A stretch of DNA of 64,000 nt from Nitrospirota bacterium (GTDB taxonomy: Bacteria > Nitrospirota > JACRHJ01), in contig CAWJRJ010000011.1 in the NCBI GenBank assembly GCA_963845245.1, positions 96,001 to 160,000 on the forward strand, in the 5' to 3' direction. Shown here in pieces: positions 50,103-61,718 of the stretch (position 1 is the first letter of the stretch; every line of letters starts with the position of its first letter). Made by a program: the position numbers and the translations under genes. Under the pieces are notes generated by a model. It made no database searches. It was not told the origin of the DNA and saw only the letters and a list, made by a program, of their open reading frames with translations.

Positions 50103-51820
50103 TCCAGGAACTCCTTTTGTAATTTATCTAAAAGCGCGTAGTCTTTAGTTTCCTCGGCCTGTTTTATCTGAACCTGTAGCTCGTTGAACCTTTTCTGGTG
50201 CCTTGCCTGTGAGAACCTCTCAACCGCCCCCCTTGCAAAACCCTCCGCATCCTCTATGTCTTCCTTAAGCGCTAGCCGTCCGACAAGTTTCTGCTGTTCA
50301 TCGTCGAGCGAACAGATGAGTTTCGCCACATCTACCGTCCCACCTTCTTTCACTATCCCGAAGACCTTCCTAGCCACCTCTGCCAGTGCCGTGCTCGTGA
50401 AATCCTCAGGCACAAGCTCGCTCACGACCACCTGGGCCGCCTCGGGGTGCTTCAGTATCACCTGAAGGAGCCCTTCCTCTATCCTGTCGAGCGACTCGCC
50501 TTTTGGCTTCTCCGGGCCCTTGTAAAAGCCGGTCCTGCCGGTCTTCTTCCGAAGTTCCTCCGCAAGGGCCGATTCATCCACGGAGAGCTCGTCGGCGGCC
50601 ATCTTCAGGTAATGGCTTCGTTCCACGCCGTTCTCGATCTTTGCGAGGATGCCGACTATCCGAAGAGACGCGGCCACCTTGTCTTCTATCGTCTCCGCGC
50701 CTTCCGCAGCCCTCTTTATTACAAAATCAAGCAGTTTGCCCGAAGCCTTAAGCCTCCTGGCCAGCCCCGCCGCGCCTTCCCGCCGCACCAGGCTGTCAGG
50801 GTCGTCCCCCTTGGGGAGGAGCGCCACCTTCGGGACCATGTCGGTGCCCAGGAATATGTCGAGCGTCCTCTCGGCCGCCTTTATTCCCGCCGGGTCTGAA
50901 TCGAACACCAGAAGCACGTTCTTGCTCTGGCGCTTGAGCGCCCGGAGGTGCTGCTGGGTCATCGCCGTGCCCATCGTGGCCACTGCGTTGTCCACGCCCG
51001 CCTTGTGGCAGGCGATGGCGTCGAAGTAGCCCTCGACTATTACCGAGTAGCCCTTCTTCCTTATGGCCTCCGCGGCCGCGTCCATCGCGTAGAGCGTCTC
51101 GCCCTTGTGGAAGAGCGGGGTCTCCGGCGAGTTCAGGTACTTGGGCATATCGTCGCCCATCGTCCTGCCGCCAAACCCTACAACGCGCCCTCTTATATCC
51201 CTTATCGGGAATATCACCCTGTCGCGGAAGCGGTCGTACCAGCCGCCGCCCGTCTTCTTTATCGCAAGCCCGGCCTTTTCGGCCATCTCTGGCTGTACGC
51301 CTTTCTTCTCAAGGTGCTTGAGCAGCCCGTCCCATTTAGGCAGGCTGTAGCCGATCGAGAACTTCCCGGCTATCTCGCCCGCCATGTCCCGGGACTCGAG
51401 GTATTCCCTCGCCCGCGCACCATCCTTTGATCCAAGCGCTTTTACGAAAAACTCCAAGGCATCCTGGTTTATCTTCGCCAACGCCTCGTATTCGTCCCTG
51501 TTCCTGCTCGCGGCCGGGTTCGTCTCCGGTATTATTATCCCGGCCCGGTCCGCCAGCCTCCTTACGGCCTCGGGGAAGGTCAGGTTCTCCTGCCTGGTCA
51601 CAAACCTTACGGCGTCACCGCCGGCCCCGCAGCCGAAGCAATGGAATATCTGCTTGGACGGGCTGACCGTGAATGACGGCGTCTTTTCCTGGTGGAACGG
51701 GCAGAGGCCGAGGTAGTTTGCGCCAGCCTTCCTCAGGCTGACATACTCCGAAACCAGCTCTACAATATCCGTCCCGGACCGTACCCGGTCGATAATCTCG
51801 TCAGGTATAAGACCGTCCAA
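50081..51820 (-). CDS. dnaG: DNA primase
   Basis: CPFH..KTPSF..CFGC zinc finger, KYLNSPET, VEGYFD and DPD TOPRIM motifs. Confidence 0.97.
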
Positions 51821-51891
51821 ATGGGCACCCGACCTTTAATCCATCTAATTTAAGTATATCAAAAATAACAAAAAAACACTTTTATGGGCCG

Positions 51892-54273
51892 TTAGCCCCT
51901 GAACTCGACCACCGTCACGGCGTCCCCGCCATCTTCGAATGCGGGATGCCTGTAGGAGCTGATTGCAGGGTTCGCCTTCAAGCTCTCCCAGACGGCCTTC
52001 CTTAGCGCCCCGGTACCCCTGCCGTGCACGATGCGGGCCTGGTTCATACCCGACAAAAGGCACTGGTCGAGGAACTTCTCGACCCGCTCCATCGCTTCAT
52101 CAATGTGCTGGCCTATGATGTTCAACTCGATGGCGCTTCCGGTGTAGTCGTCGCCGTCGTTCTCCCGGGTAAGCAGATACGCGCCTGTAGAAGCCGGCTT
52201 GGCCGCCTGTTTTACGGCACTGGTATGTTCAAGCTCGTCTACCCCTATCGTCACCTTCATGGTGTCGAGCTGCACCACGACCAGGCCCTTTTCCTTCTTT
52301 ATGCCAAGGACCTTGCCGGATTTCCTGTATTTAAGCACCTTTACGGTATCGCCCACCGAAAGGGACTCTATCTTGAGTCCGCTCTTTTCAGGAGCTGGCG
52401 TGGTCTCTTCAGTTTCGAGCTCGGCCTTCAAGGCCTGGACCTCGTCGGCCTTTTTCTTAACCTCGCCTCTGTCTGCCTGTTTTTTGCCCAGTTCGTCCAG
52501 TTCGCGGAGTTTTACACGTAACGACGAAAGGAGCGAGCTTGCCTTCTCCTTCGCCTTCCTTACCGCCTCGCGGCGCTCCTCCTCGGCCCTTTTTACGAGT
52601 TCCTGGAGTCTGGCCTTCTCTTCCCTGGCCTGTATGACCTCCTGCGCGGCCTTCCGTCTGTCCTCACGTGCCGCCTGCGCCTCTTTTTCCAGCCGCTCGA
52701 TCAGGGTGTCCAGCTCGACCTGGTCTGCGTTTCGGGTCTTTGCGGCGGCGTCCACAACTGCCTTCGGCATCCCAAGCCGCTGTGCGATAAGCAGCGCGTT
52801 GCTCCTGCCCGGCCTGCCAACAAGAAGGCGGTAGGTCGGCTGGAGGCTTTCAGAGTCGAACTCGACCGACGCGTTCATCACGCCCGGCGTATTTGCCGCG
52901 AACACCTTAAGCGCGCCGTGGTGAGTGGTAACCACCACCTTCGCGCCGCGCCTGTGCAGCTCCTCGAGTATTGCAACGCCTAGGGCCGAGCCCTCGGCCG
53001 GGTCTGTGCCCGCGCCAAGCTCGTCAAGGAGCACCAGCGTGTTCCTGCCCGCCTTCGCCAGCAGCCGTACTATCTGGCTGATGTGCGAGGAGAAGGTGCT
53101 GAGGCTCTGCTCCAGGCTCTGCTCGTCCCCGATGTCGGAGAATATGTCCTCAAATACCGAGACGACGCTGTCCGGCGAGGCCGGTATCAGCATGCCCGCC
53201 TGCGCCATAAGGCAGAGCAGGCCTATAGTCTTTAATGCTACCGTCTTGCCGCCGGTGTTCGGGCCCGTCACCACGAGGGACGTGAACTCGCGCCCGAGTT
53301 TCATGTCGAGCGGCACCGTGGAGGAAGCGCCTTTCGCCTTGATAAGGAGCGGGTGCTTCGCGCCCTTAAGCTCGATCACACCGTTTGCCGCAAGCGCCGG
53401 CATTGAAGCGCCTATCGCGTTTGCGTACGCGGCCTTCGCATATATTACGTCAAGCTCGATGAGCCCGGCGAACGACGCCGAAAGGGCTTCGCCCACCTCT
53501 CTTACCGTAGCCGTCAACTGCCAGAGTATCCGTTCGACTTCCCGCTTCTCGTCCACTTTCATCTGGACAAGGCGGTTGTTCAGCTCCACCGTCTTCTCTG
53601 GCTCCACGAAGACCGTAGAGCCGGAGGTGGAGTGGTCATGCACTATCCCCTGGAGGTAGAGCTTGAAGTTCGGTTTGAGCGGCAGTACGTAGCGGTCGCC
53701 CCGCATCGTTATTATCGGTTCCTGGACCGCCTTGCCATACGCGGGGCTCTGGATTATCTCTTCCAGTTCCTTGTTTATCCGGGAGCGGGTCTGTGCAAGG
53801 CTCCTGCGGATGCGCTTCAACTCAAAACTCGCAGAGTCGAGCACCTCGCCTTCGCTGCTTATGGCGTGGTTTATCTCAAACTCCAGCGGCTCGAACACAC
53901 CTAGAGTGGCCGCCCTGGCTGAAAGCAGCGGGCATTCCTGTCTCGCCTTCGAGAGCGCGCCCTTTATAAGCCGCGACGTCCTGGCTACGGATAGTATATC
54001 AAGGAACTCTTCAGGCCTGAGCGCGGCGCCTTCCACTGCGGACTTCTTCAGCGGGACAGTTATGTCCTTAAGACCCGATATGGGGAAGTCGCGCCGGGCC
54101 TCTAAGTATCTCCGTAACTCTTCGGCCTCTTTAAGGGAACGCTCGACCTCTTTCGGGTCGGAAGACGGGATAATCGTCTCCGCCGCAGCCCGGCCCGGTT
54201 CCGATGATGCATGGCCGGCAAGCAGGTCGCGTACCTTATAAAATTCCAATACCCTTAGGGTATGTTCATCCAT
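51892..54273 (-). CDS. mutS2: Endonuclease MutS2
   Basis: TGPNTGGKT, DIGDEQS...SLSTFS, DELGAGTDP and Smr HGRGTG. Confidence 0.96.
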   Translation of the reverse strand: MDEHTLRVLEFYKVRDLLAGHASSEPGRAAAETIIPSSDPKEVERSLKEAEELRRYLEARRDFPISGLKDITVPLKKSAVEGAALRPEEFLDILSVARTSRLIKGALSKARQECPLLSARAATLGVFEPLEFEINHAISSEGEVLDSASFELKRIRRSLAQTRSRINKELEEIIQSPAYGKAVQEPIITMRGDRYVLPLKPNFKLYLQGIVHDHSTSGSTVFVEPEKTVELNNRLVQMKVDEKREVERILWQLTATVREVGEALSASFAGLIELDVIYAKAAYANAIGASMPALAANGVIELKGAKHPLLIKAKGASSTVPLDMKLGREFTSLVVTGPNTGGKTVALKTIGLLCLMAQAGMLIPASPDSVVSVFEDIFSDIGDEQSLEQSLSTFSSHISQIVRLLAKAGRNTLVLLDELGAGTDPAEGSALGVAILEELHRRGAKVVVTTHHGALKVFAANTPGVMNASVEFDSESLQPTYRLLVGRPGRSNALLIAQRLGMPKAVVDAAAKTRNADQVELDTLIERLEKEAQAAREDRRKAAQEVIQAREEKARLQELVKRAEEERREAVRKAKEKASSLLSSLRVKLRELDELGKKQADRGEVKKKADEVQALKAELETEETTPAPEKSGLKIESLSVGDTVKVLKYRKSGKVLGIKKEKGLVVVQLDTMKVTIGVDELEHTSAVKQAAKPASTGAYLLTRENDGDDYTGSAIELNIIGQHIDEAMERVEKFLDQCLLSGMNQARIVHGRGTGALRKAVWESLKANPAISSYRHPAFEDGGDAVTVVEFRG

Positions 54274-54330
54274 TTTAAAAAATCATAAGGGGCGCCCCCT
54301 TCATGAGTGCCCCCCTTTCAAAAGCAGACC

Positions 54331-54422
54331 TTACTTTTCTTTCACGTGAAAGAAAAGTAACAAAAGAAAGCGAATTTAATAACGAAAGTTTTTGGCTCCA
54401 CCTTTTTTCCCAAAAAGGCGGA
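54331..54422. repeat. REPIN-like double-hairpin element
   Basis: Perfect palindrome TTACTTTTCTTTCACGTGAAAGAAAAGTAA + CAAAAGAAA ... TTTTTGG + second hairpin. Confidence 0.8.
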
Positions 54423-54429
54423 AAGACCC

Positions 54430-54873
54430 TCAACCTAATAATTCTTTTACCAGCTCGTTTACGAGCTTGCCGTCCGCCTTGCCCTTCACCTTCGGCATGA
54501 GCGCCTTCATAACCTTGCCCATGTCCTTCGCGCCCGCGGCCCCGGTCTCGGCTATAGCTTCCTTTATAAAGGCCGCGACCTCGTCTTTTGAGAGCTGCTG
54601 CGGCAGGTATTCTTGTATTATAACCAGCTCCGCCTTCTCCTTGTCCGCCAGGTCCTGGCGGCCACCCTTCTCGTACTGCTCGATCGAGTCGCGGCGCTGT
54701 TTGGCGGCGGTGTTAAGGACGGACAGTACACCCTCGTCGTCCAGCTCCTTGCGCTCGTCTATCTCCTTGTTCTTGATCGAGGAGGTAATAAGGCGAAGTG
54801 TTGACAGCTTCAACTCGGCACGCGCCTTCATGGCCGCTACGAGGTCGGCTCTGAGCTTCTCTTTTATTGACAC
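54430..54873 (-). CDS. GatB/YqeY domain protein
   Basis: AMKA...LSTLR, KQRRDSIEQY..GGR.DL and YLPQQLS motifs. Confidence 0.94.
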   Translation of the reverse strand: MSIKEKLRADLVAAMKARAELKLSTLRLITSSIKNKEIDERKELDDEGVLSVLNTAAKQRRDSIEQYEKGGRQDLADKEKAELVIIQEYLPQQLSKDEVAAFIKEAIAETGAAGAKDMGKVMKALMPKVKGKADGKLVNELVKELLG

Positions 54874-55003
54874 ATCACACCTTTATCTTGTTGAATTTTC
54901 TGGAAAAACACTGGTTCAGGATGTGCGCATACTCTAAGTTTAGGCAGGAAGTATACTCGGGGGGAACAGAGAAGTCAAGCGCACGGGAAAGATAATTTTA
55001 TTT

Positions 55004-55663
55004 TTATTTCTGTCTCGCCTTTAGTTCCTTATATACCTCGGATACCTCGACCCCCGACTCCGCAAGCATCACGAGGGTGTGATAGAGCAGGTCAGCCGTC
55101 TCTCCGACGATCTCCTTCTTCGAGCCGTTCTTCGCGGCGATTACCACCTCGGCAGACTCCTCGCCCACCTTCTTCAGGATCTTGTCCAGTCCTTCGTCAA
55201 AGAGCTTGTTGGTGTACGAGCCTTCCTTCGGGCTGGTCTTCCTGCCCTTTATCGTCGTGAACAGCTTGTCCAGGACGTCGCTACCGGAATAAACGTCCGA
55301 TACCTCGAACACCTTCTCCCCGGCCTCGCGTATCCCGTCCGCCTCGATCTTGGTATAGAAGCAGCTCCGGTTCCCGGTATGGCACGCGCCGCCCTTCTGG
55401 ATAACCTTGAAAAGCAGGCAGTCGGCGTCGCAGTCGTAGGAGGCCTCCTTTACGGCCTGGGTGTGGCCTGAGGTCTCGCCTTTGAGCCAGAGCTTGCCGC
55501 GCGAACGGCTCCAGTAGGTGCAAAGCCCGGTCTCAAGCGTCTTTTCCAGCGATTCCCGGTTCATGAAGGCCATCATCAGGACCTCGCCGTTCTCGAAAGT
55601 CCTGCACGATTGCGGGGATGAGGCCGTTGCGTCGAATTTCAATGTATTTATGTCGAACATCAT
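55004..55663 (-). CDS. hisIE: Bifunctional phosphoribosyl-AMP cyclohydrolase / phosphoribosyl-ATP pyrophosphatase
   Basis: WSRSR..LW.KGETSG, DCDAD, ACHTG..SCF and KKVGEE motifs; two compensating indels near the start. Confidence 0.94.
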   Translation of the reverse strand: MMFDINTLKFDATASSPQSCRTFENGEVLMMAFMNRESLEKTLETGLCTYWSRSRGKLWLKGETSGHTQAVKEASYDCDADCLLFKVIQKGGACHTGNRSCFYTKIEADGIREAGEKVFEVSDVYSGSDVLDKLFTTIKGRKTSPKEGSYTNKLFDEGLDKILKKVGEESAEVVIAAKNGSKKEIVGETADLLYHTLVMLAESGVEVSEVYKELKARQK

Positions 55664-55669
55664 TACCTC

Positions 55670-55835
55670 TTTATTAGCTTCTCGGGCTCGCTCCCGGCGA
55701 TTCTCTCGGGTATTTCTAAGCTCGCTCACTGCGCCAGCAAAAACTCGCTTCGCTCAGACAGTTTGCTGTCGCAACGCTCACTTCACTAACAAATACCAAC
55801 TCGGTCATCGCAAGTGCGCTCGCGCCAAGAGGCGT
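55670..55835. repeat. Intergenic structured repeat-like element
   Basis: Multiple CTCGCT/CGCTC motifs and a CAGCAAA...AACTCGCTTCGCTCAGAC...TTTGCTG stem; no coding signal. Confidence 0.45.
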
Positions 55836-55839
55836 TGGC

Positions 55840-56322
55840 TTATAATTTATATCCTATCTTCCTCAGAAACTCTTTGCGCTCCTTAACATCGGCCGGCCCC
55901 TCGACGCCTTTCGGCGGGAAGCCGTCCACCACGCCCATTATGCCGCGACCCATCTCGGTCTGGGCGACTATCACCTCGACCGGGTTCGCCGTGGCGCAGA
56001 ATATGTTCGCCACCTCCGGGCAGGCCTTAATCGCGTTCAGCACGTTTATCGGGAAGCAGTCCTTCATGACTATGCAGAAGGAATGCCCGCAGGCGATGCT
56101 CTTTATGTTCTCTATCGCGGCGGCCTTCATGATCGCGTCGTTACCCTCGGCGCGTATCAGGCATGGCCCGGAGGCCTCAGAGAACGCGACACCGAATTTG
56201 CCCGCCGGTACACCCGACACCATTATTTCGTACAAGTCCTCTGCCGTCTTTATGAAATGGCTCTGCCCGAGGATTATGTTGCAGTTCTCAGGGATTGCAA
56301 GCTTGACTGCGTGAAAGTCCAT
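55840..56322 (-). CDS. Adenosine-specific kinase family protein (DUF355)
   Basis: NIILGQSHFIKT, FSEASG, FPINVLN, IFCATANP, GVVDG and LRKIGYK motifs. Confidence 0.88.
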   Translation of the reverse strand: MDFHAVKLAIPENCNIILGQSHFIKTAEDLYEIMVSGVPAGKFGVAFSEASGPCLIRAEGNDAIMKAAAIENIKSIACGHSFCIVMKDCFPINVLNAIKACPEVANIFCATANPVEVIVAQTEMGRGIMGVVDGFPPKGVEGPADVKERKEFLRKIGYKL

Positions 56323-56340
56323 AAGATCCTCCCTTAGACC

Positions 56341-56428
56341 GTACTTTTCTTTCATTTGAAAGAAAAGTACCAAAAGAAAGCTATGCCAAGTTTTTTGGCG
56401 CACACCTTTTTTACAAAAAAGGTGGCGG
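56341..56428. repeat. REPIN-like double-hairpin element
   Basis: GTACTTTTCTTTCA-TT-TGAAAGAAAAGTAC + CAAAAGAAAG ... TTTTTTGG + CACCTTTTTT-AC-AAAAAAGGTG. Confidence 0.8.
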
Positions 56429-56429
56429 T

Positions 56430-57299
56430 TTAAAGTCTTACCGGAACGCCGCGACCTTGCAGGTATTCCTTCGCTTCCCTGATAGTATATTCCTTGTAAT
56501 GGAATATCGAGGCCGCGAGCGCCGCGTCCGCGCGCCCCTTCTCGAAGCCGTCATATATGTGCTCAAGGTTGCCGACGCCGCCCGAGGCTATCACCGGGAT
56601 ACCGACCGCTTCCGATACCGCGCGCGTAAGCTCAAGGTCGTACCCGTTCTTCTGGCCGTCCTGGTCCATCGAGGTCAGCAGTATCTCGCCCGCGCCGAAC
56701 TCCTCCATCTTCACCGCCCAAGCCACCGCATCGATATATACCGGCTTGCGGCCGCCGTGCGTGAACAGCTCCCAGTGGATGCCGTTTCCGTCCATGCCCT
56801 GGAAGAAGAGGTTCCGAAGCTCGTCGTCGTGGCACCACGTCAGCTTATCCGCCACTTCCTCTATCTGCTTTGCGCGTACGCTGTCATCCACCGGCTCGGT
56901 GCGCTTCGCGTCGATCGCCACCACGATGCACTGGCTCCCGAACCGCTCCGCCGCTGCCTTGATGAACCGCGGGTCGTAGACCGCAGATGTGTTGATGGAC
57001 ACCTTGTCGCAGCCTGCCAGCAGAAGCTCGCGGATGTCGTCGAGCGTCTTGATACCGCCGCCCACCGTGAGCGGCATGAACACCTGCTCCGATGTGCGCT
57101 TCACCACGTCGAGGATGATGCCCCGCTTCTCGTGCGAGGCGGTGATGTCGAGGAACGTCAGCTCGTCCGCGCCCTGCTCGTCGTACGCCTTGGCCACCTC
57201 TACCGGGTCGCCCGCGTCGCGCAGGTTGACGAAGCTCACACCCTTTACAACGCGCCCGTCCTTGACATCAAGACAGGGGATAATTCTACGTGCCAGCAT
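56430..57299 (-). CDS. hisF: Imidazole glycerol phosphate synthase cyclase subunit (with ~35-aa insertion)
   Basis: [29 protein letters not shown] and IASGG motifs. Confidence 0.97.
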   Translation of the reverse strand: MLARRIIPCLDVKDGRVVKGVSFVNLRDAGDPVEVAKAYDEQGADELTFLDITASHEKRGIILDVVKRTSEQVFMPLTVGGGIKTLDDIRELLLAGCDKVSINTSAVYDPRFIKAAAERFGSQCIVVAIDAKRTEPVDDSVRAKQIEEVADKLTWCHDDELRNLFFQGMDGNGIHWELFTHGGRKPVYIDAVAWAVKMEEFGAGEILLTSMDQDGQKNGYDLELTRAVSEAVGIPVIASGGVGNLEHIYDGFEKGRADAALAASIFHYKEYTIREAKEYLQGRGVPVRL

Positions 57300-57316
57300 A
57301 AAAACCTCTATTAAAG

Positions 57317-57352
57317 TTCTTTGGCGCTACCTTTCTTTCAAGAAAGGTGGCG
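57317..57352. repeat. Solo REP-like hairpin
   Basis: TTCTTTGG-CGCTACCTTTCTT-TC-AAGAAAGGTGGCG. Confidence 0.7.
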
Positions 57353-57355
57353 AAG

Positions 57356-58084
57356 TTATTTCTTTTTTGTTATCGCGATGGCCTCTTTCAGGTCCATCGT
57401 GCCCTCGTATATGGCCTTGCCGGTGATGACGCCCTCGATGCCCATGTGCTCGACCACCATCAGACCCTTTACATCGTCGATGTCCTTCACGCCGCCGGAC
57501 GCGATAATGGGCACATGCACGTGCTGCGCGAGCGCCATCGTCGCATCTATGTTATGCCCGGTCAGCATCCCGTCGCGGCTGATGTCGGTGTATATGATGG
57601 CCCGGACGCCCGCGTCCTCCATCTTCTTCGCGAGGTCGAACACCTTTACGGTGGATACGTCGCCCCAGCCGCGTACCGCGACCATGCCGTTTTTCGCGTC
57701 GATGCCGGCCACGATCCTGCCCGGGTACTTCTTGCAGGCCAGGACCATCAGGCCCGGCACTTCGAGCGCGGCCGTACCGAGGATAACCCTCGACACACCA
57801 AGCCCTAGCAGCTTGTCTATGGTGACCAGATCACGTATGCCGCCGCCGACCTCTATGGGCACGCTTACCGCGGCGACGATGGACTTGATCGAGTCCAGGT
57901 TCTTGGGCTGGCCCGCAAAGGCGCCGTCAAGGTCGACAACATGGATAAGTTCCGCACCCTGGTCCTGGAACACCCTGGCTTGAGCTGCCGGGCTGTCGGA
58001 ATAAACCGTGGCATCTTCCATCCTGCCCTGAAGCAGCCTTACACACTTGCCTTCCTTCAGGTCGATTGCAGGTATTATGATCAT
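57356..58084 (-). CDS. hisA: ProFAR isomerase
   Basis: [22 protein letters not shown] and TDISRDG motifs. Confidence 0.97.
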   Translation of the reverse strand: MIIIPAIDLKEGKCVRLLQGRMEDATVYSDSPAAQARVFQDQGAELIHVVDLDGAFAGQPKNLDSIKSIVAAVSVPIEVGGGIRDLVTIDKLLGLGVSRVILGTAALEVPGLMVLACKKYPGRIVAGIDAKNGMVAVRGWGDVSTVKVFDLAKKMEDAGVRAIIYTDISRDGMLTGHNIDATMALAQHVHVPIIASGGVKDIDDVKGLMVVEHMGIEGVITGKAIYEGTMDLKEAIAITKKK

Positions 58085-58707
58085 TTAAGTCCTCCGAACC
58101 TTTTTAGAATCCTTAGTCCTAGTTCCTGGCTCTTCTCCGGGTGAAACTGTGTGGCGAAGATATTGTCCTTCCATATGCTCGACACGAACTCTATGCCGTA
58201 GTTCGTCGTCGTGGCCGCTACGGACGGGTCCGTGGGAGACACATAGTATGAATGCACGAAATAGAAGTACCCGCCGTCCGGCACATCCTCCAGGTGGGGC
58301 GCTTTCCTCTTAATATTGATCTTATTCCAGCCCATGTGGGGTATTTTATAGATGTCTTCGGTGTTATTTGCCACCTCGGAGGGGAAACGCACCACCCTGC
58401 CGGGAATAATCCCAAGGCCCTTGTGGATGCCGAACTCCTCGCCCTCTTCAAACAAGAGCTGCAAACCCAGGCAGATGCCCATGAACGGGCGGCCGGAATC
58501 TATCACCTTATGCACGGTATCGACTAGCCCCATGTCGGTGAGGTTCTTCATGCAGTCGGCGAACGCGCCCACACCGGGCAGCACCACGTGGCTTGCGTCG
58601 AGTATCGTCTTGGGGTCGGATGTGACCACTGCATCGTGGCCCACCTTCTCCAGGCCCTTCTGGACGCTACGGAGGTTGCCCATGCCGTAATCTATTATCG
58701 CGATCAT
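58081..58707 (-). CDS. hisH: Imidazole glycerol phosphate synthase glutaminase subunit
   Basis: DYGMGNL, LPGVGAF, GICLG and QFHPEKS motifs. Confidence 0.97.
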   Translation of the reverse strand: MIAIIDYGMGNLRSVQKGLEKVGHDAVVTSDPKTILDASHVVLPGVGAFADCMKNLTDMGLVDTVHKVIDSGRPFMGICLGLQLLFEEGEEFGIHKGLGIIPGRVVRFPSEVANNTEDIYKIPHMGWNKINIKRKAPHLEDVPDGGYFYFVHSYYVSPTDPSVAATTTNYGIEFVSSIWKDNIFATQFHPEKSQELGLRILKRFGGLK

Positions 58708-58772
58708 ACTATCATCTCCAGTAACGCCCCCTCAGTCCTCCTCTTATGTCTAAGAGGGTATAGGGGGATTTA

Positions 58773-59360
58773 TTATAGAAGGCCTTTTGTGGAAGGGATT
58801 TCCGTGCTCCTGCCGTCTATGCTTGTCGCGCTGTCCATCGCGCGCCCGAAGGCTTTGAACACAGCCTCTATTATGTGGTGCAGGTTGTCCCCGTACGGCA
58901 CGTTTATGTGCAACGTAATACCTGCGTGGTTTGTGACGGCCTTGAAGAAGTCGTACGCAAGCTCCACGTCGAAGTCGCCCACCTTGCCCTTTGGCATCTT
59001 CACGTTATAGACAAGGCCGGGCCTGCCTGAGATATCCAGTACGGCCTCGGCAAGCGTCTCGTCCATCGGCACCTTGGACTCACCGAAGCGGCGTATGCCC
59101 GCCATGTCGCCGAGCGCCTGCTTGAAGGCCTGCCCCAGCACGATGCCGACATCCTCGACGGTGTGGTGGTAGTCTATCTCGATGTCGCCCTTCGCGTGTA
59201 TGTGCAGGTCGAAGTGGCCGTGCTTCGCCATCAGCGAGAGCATGTGGTCGAGGAAGGGCACCGAGGTCTTGACCTCGTACTTGCCGGTACCGTCGATAAC
59301 CAATGACAGGTTTATGTCGGTCTCGTTCGTCTTCCTCTGTATCGTTGCGCTTCGAGTCAT
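58773..59360 (-). CDS. hisB: Imidazoleglycerol-phosphate dehydratase
   Basis: FLDHML, HHTVED and NLHHIIEA motifs. Confidence 0.97.
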   Translation of the reverse strand: MTRSATIQRKTNETDINLSLVIDGTGKYEVKTSVPFLDHMLSLMAKHGHFDLHIHAKGDIEIDYHHTVEDVGIVLGQAFKQALGDMAGIRRFGESKVPMDETLAEAVLDISGRPGLVYNVKMPKGKVGDFDVELAYDFFKAVTNHAGITLHINVPYGDNLHHIIEAVFKAFGRAMDSATSIDGRSTEIPSTKGLL

Positions 59361-59551
59361 TATGCCTCCTGAAAGACAAGAAAAAGGCTAGTACGGATGC
59401 AGGAATACCTGCTAAAGGGATATATAATTTTGTAAGCCATCGTAGTCATCCGCGTCAAGAACTTTTAACTATAATTGCAATGCGCATCACGCGGCTTCCG
59501 GACGATGTCTTAAAAATTACATGTCCCTTTAACCGATATCAATTCAACAAT

Positions 59552-60611
59552 TCAGGCTGCCAGTTCTTTTAAAACTTTAAGGAACTCAGCGTTCTCGTCC
59601 GGCGTGCCGACCGTCACACGCAGGCAGTCCGCAAGCGGGCCGGGCGAGTCCATGTTGCGTATCAGGATACCGCGCTCCTTGAGGCCCTCGAAGATCCTGC
59701 CCGCACCGGCCACCCTGAATAAAATAAAGTTCGTCTTCGACGGATATGCCGTGATACCCTCCATCCCGGACAACTCCGTGAAAAGTTTCTCACGTTCATC
59801 AATGAGCTTTGCGACCTGCGAGTCTATCACGTCGCGGCGCCTTAGTATAACCTCGGCGGCCGCCTGTGACAGGCTGTTCAGGTTATAGGGCAACCGCACC
59901 TTGTTTACCTCTGTCGTAACGTCCCTGCCCGCGGCCATTATACCGACACGAAGGCCAGCCATGCCGATCTTGGAAAGCGTCCGAAGCACTATAAGGTTCG
60001 GGTACTCGTTTATGTCATTTATAAAGCTATCGCCAGAGAAGCTGTTGTATGCCTCGTCCACGACCACTATGCCCCATGTGCCCGCGATCAGCCTGCGCAC
60101 CTTGTCGCGGTCGAACAGGTTCCCGGTCGGGTTGTTCGGGATATGCGAGGAAAAGCACCTTCGGCTTTTTCTCCATGAGCATCTTCAGAGTACCGTCGAA
60201 GTCTATGTCGAACGAGTCCGTCAAGGGTATCTCCAGCGACCTCCTGGCCCAAGCCTTAGCGATGATGCCGTACATCGAGAACGTCGGGACGGGGTATGCG
60301 ATAAGACCGGGCGAGCCGCCGAAGGCAGAGATTATCATCCCGATTATCTCGTCCGAGCCGTTCCCCAGCGTGAGCATATCAGCCGGGACGCCCAGGTATT
60401 CGCTGAGCATGGCCTTCAGACGCTTCGCCTCCGGGTCGGGGTAGCGGTTCACCGCCACATCCGCCATAGTCTCCGCAAGCTCGCGCCGCAGATCCTCCGG
60501 CAGCAGGTACGGGTTCTCCATCGCGTCAAGCTTCACACGCGCCTGCACGTCCTCTATGGCGTACGCCTTCAGCGCCGCGACTTCTTTTTTAACTAAGAGC
60601 TTGATGTCCAT
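59552..60611 (-). CDS. hisC: Histidinol-phosphate aminotransferase (frameshift near 60140)
   Basis: KLDAMENP, NRYPD, GNGSDE, (P)NNPTG in the shifted frame, VDEAY and RTLSK..MAGLRVG. Confidence 0.93.
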
Positions 60612-60621
60612 TTTAATTTTG

Positions 60622-60713
60622 TCACTTTTCTTTTACAAAAAAGAAAGTGCCCCAAAGAAAATGTTAATTTAGAAATAAAATTTCTTGGGCCGCCTTCTTT
60701 ACAAAGAAGGCGG
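60622..60713. repeat. REPIN-like double-hairpin element
   Basis: CACTTTTCTTTT..AAAAAAGAAAGTG + CCAAAGAAA ... TTTCTTGG + CCGCCTTCTTT-AC-AAAGAAGGCGG. Confidence 0.8.
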
Positions 60714-60722
60714 GAACTTGCC

Positions 60723-61594
60723 CTACGGTATTACTTTGTTCAGCGGATACTCGACGATGCCCGGATGCGCCGTGTTTGCTTGAGCTTCGGTATCAGGTCG
60801 CGCACCTTCTTCTCGTCTATTATCACCTCGATGCTCACCCACTTCGGGTCCTTGTGCTGGCTGACCGTCGGCGAGTGCATCGCGGGGAGCACCTTCGTGA
60901 CCTCATCCAGGTTCTTAAGCGGCAGGTTCATTTTGAGGCCTACCTTTTCCTCGGCCATCAGCGCGCCCTGGAGGAGCATGTTCAGGTTTGCCAGCTTCTC
61001 CTTTATCCACGGGTCCTTGTAGGACTCCTTGTTGGCGATCAGGCGGGTGGTGGACTCGAGCATCACCTCGACGATGCGGAGGTTGTTGGCCCGAAGCGAG
61101 CTGCCGGTCTCGGTAAGTTCGACGATGGCGTCCGCGAGCTTCGGCGGCTTCACCTCCGTCGCGCCCCAGGAGAACTCCACGTCGGCAGTCACGCCGCGCT
61201 TCTTCAGGAACCGCTTGGTGTAGCCCACAAGCTCGGTGGCGACCCTTTTGCCTTGCAGGTCCTCGACCTTCGTTATCGGCGAGTCCTCGGGGACGGCCAC
61301 GACCCAGCGCACCGGACGAAGGCCCTCTTTGGCGTAGTTCAGCTCCGCGACCGATTCCACCTTCGCGCCCTGCTCCATTATCCAGTCGTAGCCGGTGAGG
61401 CCCGCGTCGAGGATGCCGTCTTCGACGTAACGCGCCATCTCCTGCGCGCGTATCAGCATGCACTCTATCTCCGGGTCGTCGATGTTCGGGTAGTATGACC
61501 GGCTTCTGACGGTGATGTTGAAGCCCGCCTTCTTGAAGATCTTGAGGGTTGACTCCTGGAGGCTGCCCTTGGGTATACCGAGACGAAGTATCAT
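60723..61594 (-). CDS. hisG: ATP phosphoribosyltransferase, long form (C-terminal frameshift)
   Basis: PKGSL, GLTGYD, SWGATE and TETGSSL motifs; expected end [12 protein letters not shown] lies in a shifted frame ending at 60723. Confidence 0.94.
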
Positions 61595-61620
61595 CTAAAA
61601 AACTCCTTTGATAAAGACCC

Positions 61621-61715
61621 CACTTTCTTTTGGAAAAGAAAGTGAACAAAGAAAATCGCTACTTGATAATATTGGTTTTCTTTGGCTACTTTTCTTTTTT
61701 CCAAAAGAAAAGTAG
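61621..61715. repeat. REPIN-like double-hairpin element
   Basis: CACTTTCTTTT-GG-AAAAGAAAGTG + ACAAAGAAAA ... TTTTCTTTGG + CTACTTTTCTTTT..AAAAGAAAAGTAG; the two arms are mutually inverted. Confidence 0.8.
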
Positions 61716-61718
61716 GAA

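Noticed and set aside
54874..55003. rpsU expected upstream of yqeY
   Set aside because: No S21-like ORF fits in the gap; its absence here is not informative without the rest of the genome.
58713..58770. CCCCCT...CCTCTTA-TGTC-TAAGAGG...GGGGG hairpin between hisB and hisH
   Set aside because: Single copy in the window; cannot tell a repeat family from an ordinary intergenic hairpin.
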